Shown: positions 1-16,141 of the stretch, piece by piece | Layout: each line of letters opens with the position of its first letter | Position numbering within the stretch: the first letter of the stretch is position 1 | NCBI RefSeq assembly: GCF_009914755.1 | Contig: NC_060930.1 | Reading direction: 5' to 3' (one strand) | From: the human T2T-CHM13v2.0 reference genome, Homo sapiens | DNA length: 64,000 bases | Made by a program: the position numbers and the translations under genes | The notes under the pieces: generated by a model | The model's input: only the letters and a program-made list of their open reading frames with translations | The model's database searches: none | What the model was told of the DNA's origin: nothing

Positions 1-440
1 CTAAGTAGATGACTATAATAGTCTAGGGGAGATACTGAAGGAGCTTGAACAGAGGCAGTAGCGGTGGGGGTGAGAGGTGGTCAAATTCAGGATATATTTA
101 GGAGCCCCAGTAGATAGGGTTTGGTAGAACGAGTGTGATGGGGGTGGGGTATAGAGAGAAGACAAGGCTAGCTTTTTGGCTTTCTTAACTGACTAGATAG
201 TTCTATTGACTGAGATAGGGAAAATGAGTGAGCAGGTTTTGGGGGAAGTCAGGTGTTCTCTTTAGCACACGTAAAGTTTGAGATGCCTGTTGGATATCCA
301 GTTGGAAATGCCAGTAGGCAATTGGATTTATAGGAATCAGGATGTAGTTTTGGGAACCAACCATTCATGTTGTATTGAAGGTTGTGGACTGGATGAGTGA
401 GTGTTGCTAAAACAGAACAGATTTCTGAGGACTGCGCCTT
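1..440. mobile_element. LINE-2 (L2) fossil
   Basis: Degenerate L2-like phrases (gatagggaaaatgag...gtaaagtttgagatgcctgttggatatccagttggaaatg); recognised by eye. Confidence 0.65.
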
Positions 441-501
441 GGCATTTTATGGTGTAATAAGAAGAACAAGGGTTTCAGAGTCATATAGACCAGAGTTTTA
501 A

Positions 502-867
<366 letters not shown>

Positions 868-1154
868 CACCATTACTTCTTTGAACATCTGTTTTCTTAG
901 CTGTAAAGTGCGTGTTGGAATACATACCTTGGGGGGTTTGTTTTTTTGTTTTTTTAGAGATGGGGGTTTCACTCTGTTGCCTAGGCTAGAGTGCAGTGTC
1001 TTACAGCAGCCCTCCCGCCTCGGCCTCCCAAAGTGCTGGGATTACAGGTGTGAGCCACCACTCCCTGCCTACCATAGGGGCTTATAACTAAGATAATGTT
1101 AACTAAGTTAATTAATGTGACAGTTAACTAAGATAATGTTCAAAAGGTGCTGGT

Positions 1155-1439
1155 GGCCGGGCGTGGTGGCTCATGCCTGTAATCTTAGCACTTGGGGAGG
1201 CTTGAAGCCAGGAGTTTGAGACCAGCCTGGGCAACATAGCAAGACCCCATCACTACAGAAAATAAAAAAATTAGCCAAGTATTGTGGTGCATGCCTGTGG
1301 TCCCAGCTATTTGGGAGGCTGAGGTGGGAAAAATCACTTGAGCCTATGAGTTCGAGACTGTAGTGAGCCATAATTGTGTCACTCTACTCCAGCCTGGGTG
1401 ACAGAGTGAGAACCTGTCTTAAAAGAAAAAAAATTTTTA
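1155..1439 (+). mobile_element. AluJ-like element, TSD aaaaggtgctgg
   Basis: ggccgggcgtggtggctca start, A-rich tail, direct repeat at 1142-1153 and 1440-1451. Confidence 0.9.
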
Positions 1440-1607
1440 AAAAGGTGCTGGCACCTGGGTCTTCCGTAAAGGGAAACTCCTGCCATCTGAGGAGCATGGG
1501 GCTTCTGAACTCAGGGCCTAGAATGGTAGTAGGATTTCTTGGAGATGGATCCTTTAGTTTTGGAGACCTGTGAAGCAGCCTTCACTGTTTCCTTCCTGTC
1601 TGTCTAG

Positions 1608-1741
1608 CTGTGCCCTCCTGGCTGAAGAAGCCCCAAGACAGCCAGCTGGAGGAGGGCAAACCCGGCTACTTGGATTGCCTGACCCAGGCCACACCAAAAC
1701 CTACAGTTGTCTGGTACAGAAACCAGATGCTCATCTCAGAG
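1608..1741 (+). CDS. PTK7: PTK7 coding exon 8 (Ig-like domain 5)
   Basis: tctag|CTGTG...CAGAG|gtgag; VPSWLKKPQDSQLEEGKPGYLDCLTQATPKPTVVWYRNQMLISE; 134 nt. Confidence 0.96.
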
Positions 1742-1894
1742 GTGAGAAAGAAGAGTGTTGCTAGTGGATGGGCGGGGCCTTCCCTCCACTTGCCCTCTTC
1801 TGTGCTCACCTCCATAGCACTCTTACCCTGGAGGCAGCCTCCAGGGAGAGGTGGGTGTGGGTTCAGGCTCTGAGGCCTCTCACCTGTGCTGCAG

Positions 1895-2030
1895 GACTCA
1901 CGGTTCGAGGTCTTCAAGAATGGGACCTTGCGCATCAACAGCGTGGAGGTGTATGATGGGACATGGTACCGTTGTATGAGCAGCACCCCAGCCGGCAGCA
2001 TCGAGGCGCAAGCCCGTGTCCAAGTGCTGG
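1895..2030 (+). CDS. PTK7: PTK7 exon 9 (Ig-like domain 5)
   Basis: gcag|GACTC...CTGG|gtgag; DSRFEVFKNGTLRINSVEVYDGTWYRC...; 136 nt. Confidence 0.96.
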
Positions 2031-2164
2031 GTGAGCCAGCATGTCTTGGGGGAGCACCCTTCCTGGCTAGGCAGGAGAGGAAAGGGGAGGGAGCAGCAGG
2101 CCTGGCCACGGCCTCTCCAGCGGCCCCAATTCCTCGTCTTTCTACCCACCCTCTGCTGAAACAG

Positions 2165-2284
2165 AAAAGCTCAAGTTCACACCACCACCCCAGCCACAGC
2201 AGTGCATGGAGTTTGACAAGGAGGCCACGGTGCCCTGTTCAGCCACAGGCCGAGAGAAGCCCACTATTAAGTGGGAACGGGCAG
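2165..2284 (+). CDS. PTK7: PTK7 exon 10 (Ig-like domain 6; symmetric phase 1-1, 120 nt)
   Basis: acag|AAAAG...GCAG|gtggg; KLKFTPPPQPQQCMEFDKEATVPCSATGREKPTIKWERA. Confidence 0.95.
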
Positions 2285-2590
2285 GTGGGTACAGTGCCGG
2301 CATAGGGTAGGGGCAGGCAGGCAGTTCACTGATCAGATACATACCTGAGGGCTGCTGGGTGCCCCGCACTGTGCCAGGAAATGTGGAGATTAGACAAGCA
2401 GTGCAGGGCTGATGTATAGTTTAGTTAGGAAGGAAAAAGCCAGACACAGAAGAGGTCAGATTATAGCCTTGGACAACATGGAAGACAACTCAAGGCAACA
2501 AGTGATTGGATTGGTTCAGACAGTGCTGTAAAGTCCTCTCTTCCCCTTTTCCAAAATAGTTTATCTTTTCCAACATAAAAATTACATGGA

Positions 2591-3530
<940 letters not shown>

Positions 3531-3990
3531 ATGCTTATTGTAGAATTAGACAATACAGATAACTATGTAGTTTTTAAAAATATTTTTTAAAATTATTTAT
3601 TTTTATTTTTTTTGTAACGGTGTAATTTTATACCCTTTTTTACTTACCATTGTCAAGCATTTCCCCACATCTTTATACACTCTTCATGAATATTTGTTTT
3701 GATGATCCTAATAATATTTCAACAATTGGATTCACTGTAATTTACTTAACTGTTCCTTAAATGTTGGAGATTTGGGTTGTTAACCAGCCACCCACCCACC
3801 CCCTTTTTTTTCATTGCTGCAATAAACATCTTTAAGCCAAAGTTTTTTTCTGGATTTAGGTTTATTTCCTTTGGGAAAGATTCCCAGAATTGGGATAATT
3901 ATGCACGAAAGGGGGTATGAACATTTTTATAGCCCTTGATGTGAGTTGCCAAATTATTTTTTAAAAGGTTGGACCAATTTTGACATTTCC
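3531..3990. mobile_element. Old L1 (L1M-type) fragment
   Basis: AT-rich degenerate L1 3' end phrases (gcaataaacatc, ttcccagaattgggataatt, tgccaaatt). Confidence 0.5.
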
Positions 3991-4427
3991 ACCTAGAGTG
4001 AGAGAGTACAGTTGTAGATTCTGAGGAGGAAGTAGGCTCCCTCTGCTCAGGTCTGGGGGAACTTTCTGGGAGAGGTGAGGCTTAAAATGGATCTACAGCC
4101 TGGGATGGTAAAGAGCGGGAATGGGCTCTAGGAGGGAGAAGTGATGGGCAGCGGAGTAGGAACAGGGCCGATCTGGGCCCAAACAGAGTCCGGTTTGGCA
4201 GACGTGGAATGTCACACAGGGCAGTAGGAGGAAGAGGTGAGACTGAAGAATTGGAAGAGGGGTAAATAACGGAGGGGCTTCTAACACTTGGCTCAGGAGT
4301 TTGGACTTTGCCTGTGGGTGGTCAGGAGCGATGGTGTGTTTTTGAGTAGAGGTGAGGGACTGAAGGCATTGCCAGCTGTCTGTGTAACCCTGATCCTTCC
4401 CATAATTTCCCTTTGTTACCCCTGCAG

Positions 4428-4577
4428 ATGGGAGCAGCCTCCCAGAGTGGGTGACAGACAACGCTGGGACCCTGCATTTTGCCCGGGTGACTCGAGATGA
4501 CGCTGGCAACTACACTTGCATTGCCTCCAACGGGCCGCAGGGCCAGATTCGTGCCCATGTCCAGCTCACTGTGGCAG
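4428..4577 (+). CDS. PTK7: PTK7 exon 11 (Ig-like domain 6)
   Basis: ctgcag|ATGGG...GCAG|gtgcg; GSSLPEWVTDNAGTLHFARVTRDDAGNYTCIASNG...; 150 nt. Confidence 0.96.
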
Positions 4578-4690
4578 GTGCGACCGTGGCAGGGCCCTGG
4601 GGCTGGGAGGGCCCTCTGGGGTAGCACCGTGTACCCTGCCAGCCCCTTGGCTTACCCCTCCCTGCGCCTCGCTGGTCTCTTTTCTTCCAG

Positions 4691-4841
4691 TTTTTATCAC
4701 CTTCAAAGTGGAACCAGAGCGTACGACTGTGTACCAGGGCCACACAGCCCTACTGCAGTGCGAGGCCCAGGGGGACCCCAAGCCGCTGATTCAGTGGAAA
4801 GGCAAGGACCGCATCCTGGACCCCACCAAGCTGGGACCCAG
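4691..4841 (+). CDS. PTK7: PTK7 exon 12 (Ig-like domain 7; PKP-LI MT1-MMP cleavage motif at 4777-4791)
   Basis: ttccag|TTTTT...CCCAG|gtagg; FITFKVEPERTTVYQGHTALLQCEAQGDPKPLIQWK; 151 nt. Confidence 0.96.
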
Positions 4842-4931
4842 GTAGGGCCACCTCTCTCCCACACCCGTCCCTCCTCTCCTGCAGCCCCCCTCCCTGCGAG
4901 CTGGCCAGCACTATGGCTTCTCCCCCGACAG

Positions 4932-5059
4932 GATGCACATCTTCCAGAATGGCTCCCTGGTGATCCATGACGTGGCCCCTGAGGACTCAGGCCGCTACAC
5001 CTGCATTGCAGGCAACAGCTGCAACATCAAGCACACGGAGGCCCCCCTCTATGTCGTGG
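4932..5059 (+). CDS. PTK7: PTK7 exon 13 (Ig-like domain 7)
   Basis: gacag|GATGC...GTGG|gtatg; MHIFQNGSLVIHDVAPEDSGRYTCIAGN; 128 nt. Confidence 0.96.
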
Positions 5060-6176
5060 GTATGGGCTGGGGAGGGGTATGCTGCACAGGAAGTGGTGGG
5101 CCCAGACGTTTGTCACCTTGTACTCAGCCCCTGTGTACAGAACATGGCACAGAAGCCATTTTTGTGGCAGCGGTGGGGATTCGGCCGTCTCACCATGCTG
5201 CTGCACAGTCTTAGAGTCCTTGCTCAGAGCCGGGCTGTCGTTTATTTAACATCCAACGGTCGGTGTGTGTGTGTGTGTGTTGTGGGGGAGTGGGGGGGTG
5301 TTCTCTTCCTACAATGCTGCCTCCCAGGTTCCTGCAGCAGCCACACATATCTCTGGGTGGCTGGGGAGGAGGACCAGGTCAGAATGCAGTAGGACAAGGT
5401 TCTTTTCTCCAGGAGGCCCAGAGAGGATGATGGGTCAGGTAAAAGGCCCTGCACTTAACTCTCTGCCCCTGGGAGACTTATTTCTCCTCTGGGGACTTGT
5501 TTCTGCATCCACAGGTGAAAGTGGTTTAAATGAGAAGCTCTTAAACTTTCTTGGTTTGGCAGCAGAGTTATTTTTCTAGACAAAGTATAATGTGAAAGTT
5601 TAAATGGATGAAAATGAACTGAGGAGGCCCCCTTGGTGGGAGCCACTGGGGTGTGTGTGGCAGTTGGGGGATCCTGCATGGTCTCCCTTCATTCCCCTAA
5701 TGCCTCTTGAGGCCCCTCAGTGTGGGCCATTAAAAGGCCCCTAGACCAGCAGATCCCTTCTACAGATCTGCTTATTGAAAAACCTGCTCTGTGCCAGGCA
5801 GTGCCTGGAATTCTAAACCTGAAGCTCCCAAATGCTGCTCTCCGGGGCCTGGCTCACATTATCAAGTCACTTGGGAAGCTTAACAAATAACGTGGGTTTG
5901 TGGTAGCTCCTTGACAGGTGTGCTTATCCGTGTCGCCTGTCTTGGCTTCCGATGCAAAGCCAGCTTGGGAACCCCTGGCCTCATCTCCTTCAGAGTCTTC
6001 GTTTGACCTTGGTGGGGCATGAGGACCTGCTGGCCCTTGTTAAAGCCAGTGAAGGTGGTGACCCTCCCGGGCCATCTGTTAAGTTGCCCTGTTGATGGGG
6101 TTGGGAGGAGTTAGTAGAGAAGCAGGGCTTCTTTTGCTTAGCAGCCCCTGCCCAGACCCATCTGTGTGTCTCTCAG

Positions 6177-6380
6177 ACAAGCCTGTGCCGGAGGAGTCGG
6201 AGGGCCCTGGCAGCCCTCCCCCCTACAAGATGATCCAGACCATTGGGTTGTCGGTGGGTGCCGCTGTGGCCTACATCATTGCCGTGCTGGGCCTCATGTT
6301 CTACTGCAAGAAGCGCTGCAAAGCCAAGCGGCTGCAGAAGCAGCCCGAGGGCGAGGAGCCAGAGATGGAATGCCTCAACG
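6177..6380 (+). CDS. PTK7: PTK7 exon 14 (transmembrane helix)
   Basis: ctcag|ACAAG...AACG|gtgag; hydrophobic IGLSVGAAVAYIIAVLGLMFYC then basic KKRCKAKR; 204 nt. Confidence 0.97.
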
Positions 6381-7210
6381 GTGAGGGGCCCTGGACGGGG
6401 AGGTGGTGCCCGTGTGCGGGAGCTGAGCGCCCTCCCGCGGCCACGGAGGGGAGAGCGCCAGCACTCCGGAAACCGAGCGGCTGTTGCTGGGTCCTGGAGC
6501 TGGGACTGCCCCACCCCTAGCGGGAAGCCTGGAGTTGGATTCCCAGGACCTCGTCTTCTGAGCAACCTGGCTTGAGACTTCTTCATTGGAGCCCCTTGGA
6601 CCAGCTTCCTATGATTCCCTGCTGTTTCCTCCTCCCAGCACAAAACCACAGATATCATTAGTATATGTACACACGTTGCTGTTGCATGTCTTGTCTCCCT
6701 CTATGAGTCTAAGAGCTCCCCCAGGGGCAGTCTTTCTGTTTACTTCCCTTCTCCTATCCCCACTTCCTGGACTGGGAGCTCCTTGAGGTCATTGCTGGGT
6801 CTCTCCTATCAGCTCAGGTGTTCAGGAGCAGAGGTTGGGTCTCCATTATTGTGATTTTCCCTTTGTGCCTGTTTAGGGCTTTGCCCAATAGGAGGCCCCA
6901 TGAAAGCAAAAATCCTTATGTGTAGCTATGGTATTAAGGACCAGTGATTCAGATTAGATGTCTGCAGTTGGCTTCATCTCAGAGGTCATAATCAGCTGCA
7001 TCACTAAGGGGTCATACCCTAGGGGATAGCCATACATCCCCCACCCAGCCCCAGCCCCATTATTTCATCATTTGGGCTTGCCCTTTCATGTGGAGCACTG
7101 TGATTGGACCCAAGTTGGCAAGAGTGGAAGACCAGGGGACAGAACAGAAATCCCCATGGTGGCCAGAGTGTCAGGTCTCATCGTGACGCTCTTGTCCTCC
7201 TCCTTCCCAG

Positions 7211-7366
7211 GTGGGCCTTTGCAGAACGGGCAGCCCTCAGCAGAGATCCAAGAAGAAGTGGCCTTGACCAGCTTGGGCTCCGGCCCCGTGGCCACCAACA
7301 AACGCCACAGCACAAGTGATAAGATGCACTTCCCACGGTCTAGCCTGCAGCCCATCACCACGCTGG
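7211..7366 (+). CDS. PTK7: PTK7 exon 15 (juxtamembrane)
   Basis: cccag|GTGGG...CTGG|gtatg; GPLQNGQPSAEIQEEVALTSLGSGPVATNKRH...; 156 nt. Confidence 0.96.
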
Positions 7367-7959
7367 GTATGTTGCCTTGACTACAGCTGCCCCTGCCTAA
7401 CTACAAGTCACCCGCTGTGTCTTGAGGCTGGGTACGGGCTAGTGTTCTGAAGTCCCTGAAACCTAGAATGTTAGAGGTGGAGGGAAGCATAGGTAGAGAT
7501 CTAGCCCAGTGTGGCCCCAGAGCCTGTTATTCACTGCCCTTCGTGCAGATTTTGTCATTCCTGTGTACTACCGGTAGTATTATTTACTTGATGTTTTATT
7601 TAAATTGACTCTTTAAAAAAAAAAACTAAGTTACCATTGTTCTAGGAAAAAATATGAGAAATCATGGGTTTGTCATAGTTACGTTTTTTCCTAGCATACG
7701 TTAAGACATGTTTACCATGAGCCACCAAAAATTCTCATGCGAGTCACCCTTTGGAAAATGCTGAATATTAGTCCCACCCTTTTATTTTGTTGCTGCAGAC
7801 ACTGAAGCCTAAGGAGGGAGGGGGTCACAGCAGAACCGGGTCTCGTGCCCAGCCCAGGTGGGTGGGTCCCCACTGTGGGAGAGGCTAGGCCCCTCCCCCA
7901 GGTCAGGAGCTGCCTCGGCCTGGGTGAAGGTGGCTGGCTGACTCAGACTGTACCCACAG

Positions 7960-8192
7960 GGAAGAGTGAGTTTGGGGAGGTGTTCCTGGCAAAGGCTCAG
8001 GGCTTGGAGGAGGGAGTGGCAGAGACCCTGGTACTTGTGAAGAGCCTGCAGAGCAAGGATGAGCAGCAGCAGCTGGACTTCCGGAGGGAGTTGGAGATGT
8101 TTGGGAAGCTGAACCACGCCAACGTGGTGCGGCTCCTGGGGCTGTGCCGGGAGGCTGAGCCCCACTACATGGTGCTGGAATATGTGGATCTG
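7960..8192 (+). CDS. PTK7: PTK7 exon 16 (pseudokinase N-lobe)
   Basis: cacag|GGAAG...TCTG|gtatg; GKSEFGEVFLAKA...LVLVK...HANVVRLLGLC; 233 nt. Confidence 0.97.
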
Positions 8193-8656
8193 GTATGCTG
8201 TTGGCAGGGGACGTGGGGGTCTCGGGTAGGGAGGGCAGTGTCCTACAAAGGTGGGAGTCAGTGGTTGGAGCACCGTGAAAACCTTGTCTCGTGCAGTCTC
8301 AGCCGAGACCTCACCTGCCTGCTGTTACACTTTGCCCACCTTATGATGCTCAGCTTCTGCCTTCCCTGCTCTTGGATGCCTGCTTTCCCTTTATCAGCAC
8401 CCAGTCTTTCCATCTGTATCTCAGGGGCGTTGGTCCTAAGTTTTTCTGGGACTTCTCACTGTCACACTGCAGGGATGCCTTCCAGGTCATCTTCTCTGAC
8501 TCTTGTTTTCTTTGGTTTGTTATTTTTTCCTCCCCAAAAGCTTGTCCCCACTTGAGAATAAATATATCAGAACCCACTTTGCCTCCCTCCTTCCTAGCAC
8601 CACTTGTGACATGAGTGTTACCCCAGCCACCAGCCTTCTCCTCTCCACTCAGGGTG

Positions 8657-8722
8657 TCATTCCCAGAGCTGCGCCTTCCTCTTCATTCCCCGAGCTGCGC
8701 CTTCCTCTTCATTCCCCAGCTG
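8657..8722. repeat. 26-bp tandem repeat, ~2.5 copies (tcattcccMgagctgcgccttcctct)
   Basis: Copies at 8657-8682, 8683-8708 and a partial copy from 8709. Confidence 0.9.
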
Positions 8723-8831
8723 GTCCTTGCCCTCACCCCATGGTCCTCAAACTGCTGCTTCTCAAATCCCTAGTTCTGGGGCAAGAGCGGGCAGGAGTCC
8801 TATCAGTCTTTCCATTAACAAGTACTTACGC

Positions 8832-8975
8832 GGCTGGGCACAGTGGCTCACACTTGTAATCCCAGCACTTTGGGAGACTGAGGCAGGAGGATCGCCTGAG
8901 GCCAGGAGTCCGAGACCAGCCTGGGCAACATAGCAAGACTCTGTCTCTACAAAAAAATTAAAAACAAACAAACAA
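8832..8975 (+). mobile_element. Alu monomer (FLAM-like), TSD acaagtactta
   Basis: Single Alu arm with A-rich tail and flanking direct repeat. Confidence 0.85.
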
Positions 8976-9404
8976 GTACTTATGAATGCTTTATGTATGT
9001 TTCTGCTGCTGGCGTTCTCCTTTGTTTGTTTAGATTAGATTGTAAAGCTCTGGAGGACAGGGGTTTCCTCTCAGGAATCTTTGAGGGCAGAGGGTAGGGG
9101 ACTGTTTTCCTCTTGGCTCACTGAAGATGGGGGCTCTGTTGCCCCACCTGTCTGGAGGTTCCCCTTGGGGTAGAAATGCCAATTCTCCTCCTTTCTAACT
9201 GAGACAGCCTCTAGGAGGCGTCTCCTATATATTTTTAAAGTTCTGCACTCCCAGTGAACTTTCCCCCTGGGAAAGGGGCCCAGGCTAGCTTAGGCCTTCT
9301 CACTGCCTCCCCAGGCAGGAATTCTGCGAGCACCTGCTTGGTCTGAGGCTTTACAGCCAATGGCTGTGCACTGACCTGAGCGAGATGCCTGGCTTTTCCC
9401 TTAG

Positions 9405-9485
9405 GGAGACCTCAAGCAGTTCCTGAGGATTTCCAAGAGCAAGGATGAAAAATTGAAGTCACAGCCCCTCAGCACCAAGCAGAAG
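9405..9485 (+). CDS. PTK7: PTK7 exon 17 (pseudokinase)
   Basis: cttag|GGAGA...GAAG|gtgag; GDLKQFLRISKSKDEKLKSQPLSTKQK; 81 nt. Confidence 0.96.
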
Positions 9486-10786
9486 GTGAGGACAGGGAGT
9501 GAAGGAGGGAGGGAGAGGGTGCCCAGGGGTGGGCCAGGAGCAACAGAGGCACCATTTATTGAGGGCTCTCTATGGGCCAGGCCCTATGGTAAGAACTTCA
9601 CATGTGTTACTGTAATTATCACGGTAGTCGTCTGAAATATATACTACTATCCCCATTTTGTGGATGAAGACATTGAGGCTTAGGAGGTTGTCTGACCTGT
9701 CCCAGGTCATGTAGCCTGGAAGTGGCTTTGCATTGCCATGCTGGCTTCACGGAGAAGAGCTACCCTCGGACCTTGCCTCTGGGCAGGAGCTTGCATTGGA
9801 GCAGGACGCCTGCCCACCTGCAATGAGCTCTGAGCTGGAGAAGCAGCAAGCAGTCCTAGTGCAGGGGCCTGCTGGGCTAGCTGTGGGCCTGAGCGTGTTT
9901 CTTCAGCTCTGAGTGGAGAAGACTCTTCTGTGAATGGGCTGCCTGGGTTTCCCCCTCTGTGGTTTGCATCTTGTCCTCTCCCTTGGGCTGTAGCTGCCCA
10001 GCCTTTCATTCCAGTTTTCCTCCTGCCTTTTGCGCAGAGGTTGTTCTGGGCACAGAGCCCTGGCTGGGGCCCCTGTGGTAGAGCAGACCTTGGTTGAAAC
10101 AGTGAAGAAGGGAAAGCTTGCCTGCTACCCCCTGCCACCTCAGTCCATACCTTTCCAGTGCCTGGGGCTTGCTGTGGCCCGGCCCCTTCTTCCTTCCCTC
10201 AGGTTCTTCTTGCCCACAGCTGCCTCCTCTCCCCTCTGAAATGGATCTACTTCCTTCCATGTGACTGGGGAGTCTGCTTCCAAGCTGGCAGTGAAGTGAC
10301 CTCATAAACCAAATCAGAGCTCAGGGCAGGGTAGGCAGAAGGCTCTGCCCTTTCTCCCAGGGGACCATTCCTTGCCTGCTAGGCTGTCCCAGGTCACAGA
10401 CTCTGGAGGCAGAGCAGAAAGGCATGGCTGGCAGATGAATCAGGTGAATGGGACCCTGGCTGCCCCCAATCTCTCTGGGGAAGCAGCTCTGTGCCCTTCA
10501 GGCTGGCCCCCTCTTATTACATGTGAATTTACTAAGACCCAGACAGGACAAGTGACCTGGCCACCTGACACCACACCCCTACCTCCTTCCCCATGAAACT
10601 GCAGGAACTGTGTATAGTGGCTGTAGAGGAGAAGCCACAGGATGGGACTTGCTACACCAGCTAAGTGAGATTTCAGGACTAAAGAGCTCACAAATTAGGA
10701 CACTCACAGAGCCAGTAAATCCTCACTGAGCCAGGTGTGGCCCCAGGGGCCCTTGGGAATGCAAAATTAAAACAGACAGGCATCAG

Positions 10787-12662
<1,876 letters not shown>

Positions 12663-13576
12663 TTAAGTATTCTAGGGAGGTGGAGTGGTAGGCAGGGTGT
12701 TCCCTGGCCAGCTAGAGTTGGCACCAAAGTGCCATATTGGGTGTGAGTGGGCTGAGGGGAGCCTCAGGAGGATTTTAAGAGAGCAGTGAGTTAGTGACAG
12801 AAATCAAAGACATGGGTCCTGGGTGTTGGCATAATGGTAGGTAATGCCTTTTAGAGTAGCTGATAAGATGATATCAGAGAGCTGTAATCTGTGATTGCTT
12901 CATGGATCACTTGTGAACTAATGATGTGATGAGAAGCAGGATCAGCTTAGCACACCTGGTGGACCATGCTTTATGCAGTCAGATGCCGTGGCAGGAAACA
13001 GAAGGCCTCTTGTGAGATCTCATAGCATCACAGTGGGTTAGCCAGAACATGGGCAAACCCCTGGGGTGTTAAAATTGGAAAGGAAGGAGTGGGTCTGATC
13101 TTTACCAAAGAACGGGTCTTTTATAACAGTATTTGAGAATTACTCCAGTGGCTATCTGATGGCATCTTGCCCAGCATAAAGGAAACACCGAATTGGCTTG
13201 AGTCTAACAGAATTCCCTTTTACTGCCCTTGCTTTCCGGAAGCACCACCTCTCTGGAAAGATAGCAAGTCAGTTACCATGCCAAGTCCACCTTCTTCTGT
13301 TTACCTTGACTAGCAGCAGATTGTTTAACTTGTGAGCCAGATCAGAGAGAGCAGGCCAAGGGGACTCACAAGTCTGATGAGGGCACGTTACCAAAACCTT
13401 TGCCTGCCGCTTACAGAGAATCAAGCAAGGTTGGACAATGCCCTGGGATTTTGAAGCCTGAAGTGGAGTTGGCTCTGTTTATGATGGCCACTGAAGCAGC
13501 CTGGCCCCTTTACCACCAGTGCACCTGAGGCATTCTGAGGACGGTGCTGCAGGGGTTATTTTAGGGATGTAGACTC

Positions 13577-14945
<1,369 letters not shown>

Positions 14946-15046
14946 ACCCGCCCTCTTCTTTAACCTTCCTCACTGGTTACACATTTAGTTGAAAGCTATC
15001 CTGAGATTTTATGTCTTCACTGTTGATAAAGAAATGTACCAAAGCA

Positions 15047-15322
15047 GCCAGGCACAGTGGCTCACGCCTGTAATCCCAGCACTTTGGGAGGCCGAGGCAG
15101 GCAGATCATTCACCATCAGTTTGAGACCAGCCTGGCCAACATGGTGAAACCCTGTCTCTACTAAAAATACAAAAATTAGCCGGGCGTGGTGGCGCATGCC
15201 TGTAGTCCTGCTACTTGGGAGGCTGAGGCACAAGAATTGCTTGAACTTGGGAGGCGGAGGTTGCGGAGAGCTGAGACTGCCACTGCACTCCCGCCTGGGC
15301 GACAGAGTGAGACTCCGTCTGG
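15047..15322 (+). mobile_element. Sense AluS
   Basis: Alu consensus. Confidence 0.88.
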
Positions 15323-15530
15323 ATGAGGTTTTTCCCAACTCTAATTACATCATTCATTTAGCACCTCTGCATTAATGCACTGCCTGTTAGAGCCTCAGGC
15401 AGCACTGATCAGGACGATGATGGGAATGTTCCATTTCTGTGCTGGTCAATATAGTTGTCACTAGCTTCATATAGCAACTGTACACTTGGAATTTGGCTAG
15501 AGCAACAGAAGAACTGAATTTTATTTTATT

Positions 15531-15595
15531 TATGTTATGTTATGTTATGTTATGTTATGTTATGTTATGTTATGTTATGTTATGTTATGTTATGT
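15531..15595. repeat. (TATGT)13 pentanucleotide microsatellite in an Alu tail
   Basis: Direct count of 13 units. Confidence 0.95.
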
Positions 15596-15604
15596 ATTCT
15601 TTAG

Positions 15605-15709
<105 letters not shown>

Positions 15710-15712
15710 TGA

Positions 15713-16141
<429 letters not shown>

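Noticed and set aside
7845-8555. 236-aa kinase-like ORF and similar ORFs extending beyond exons
   Set aside because: Only the GT-AG-bounded cores are real exons; the flanks are intronic read-through
12920-13100. Box C-like GTGATGA with downstream CTGA (C/D snoRNA)
   Set aside because: Spacing too long, no terminal stem or rRNA guide recognised, and far from the 3' splice site
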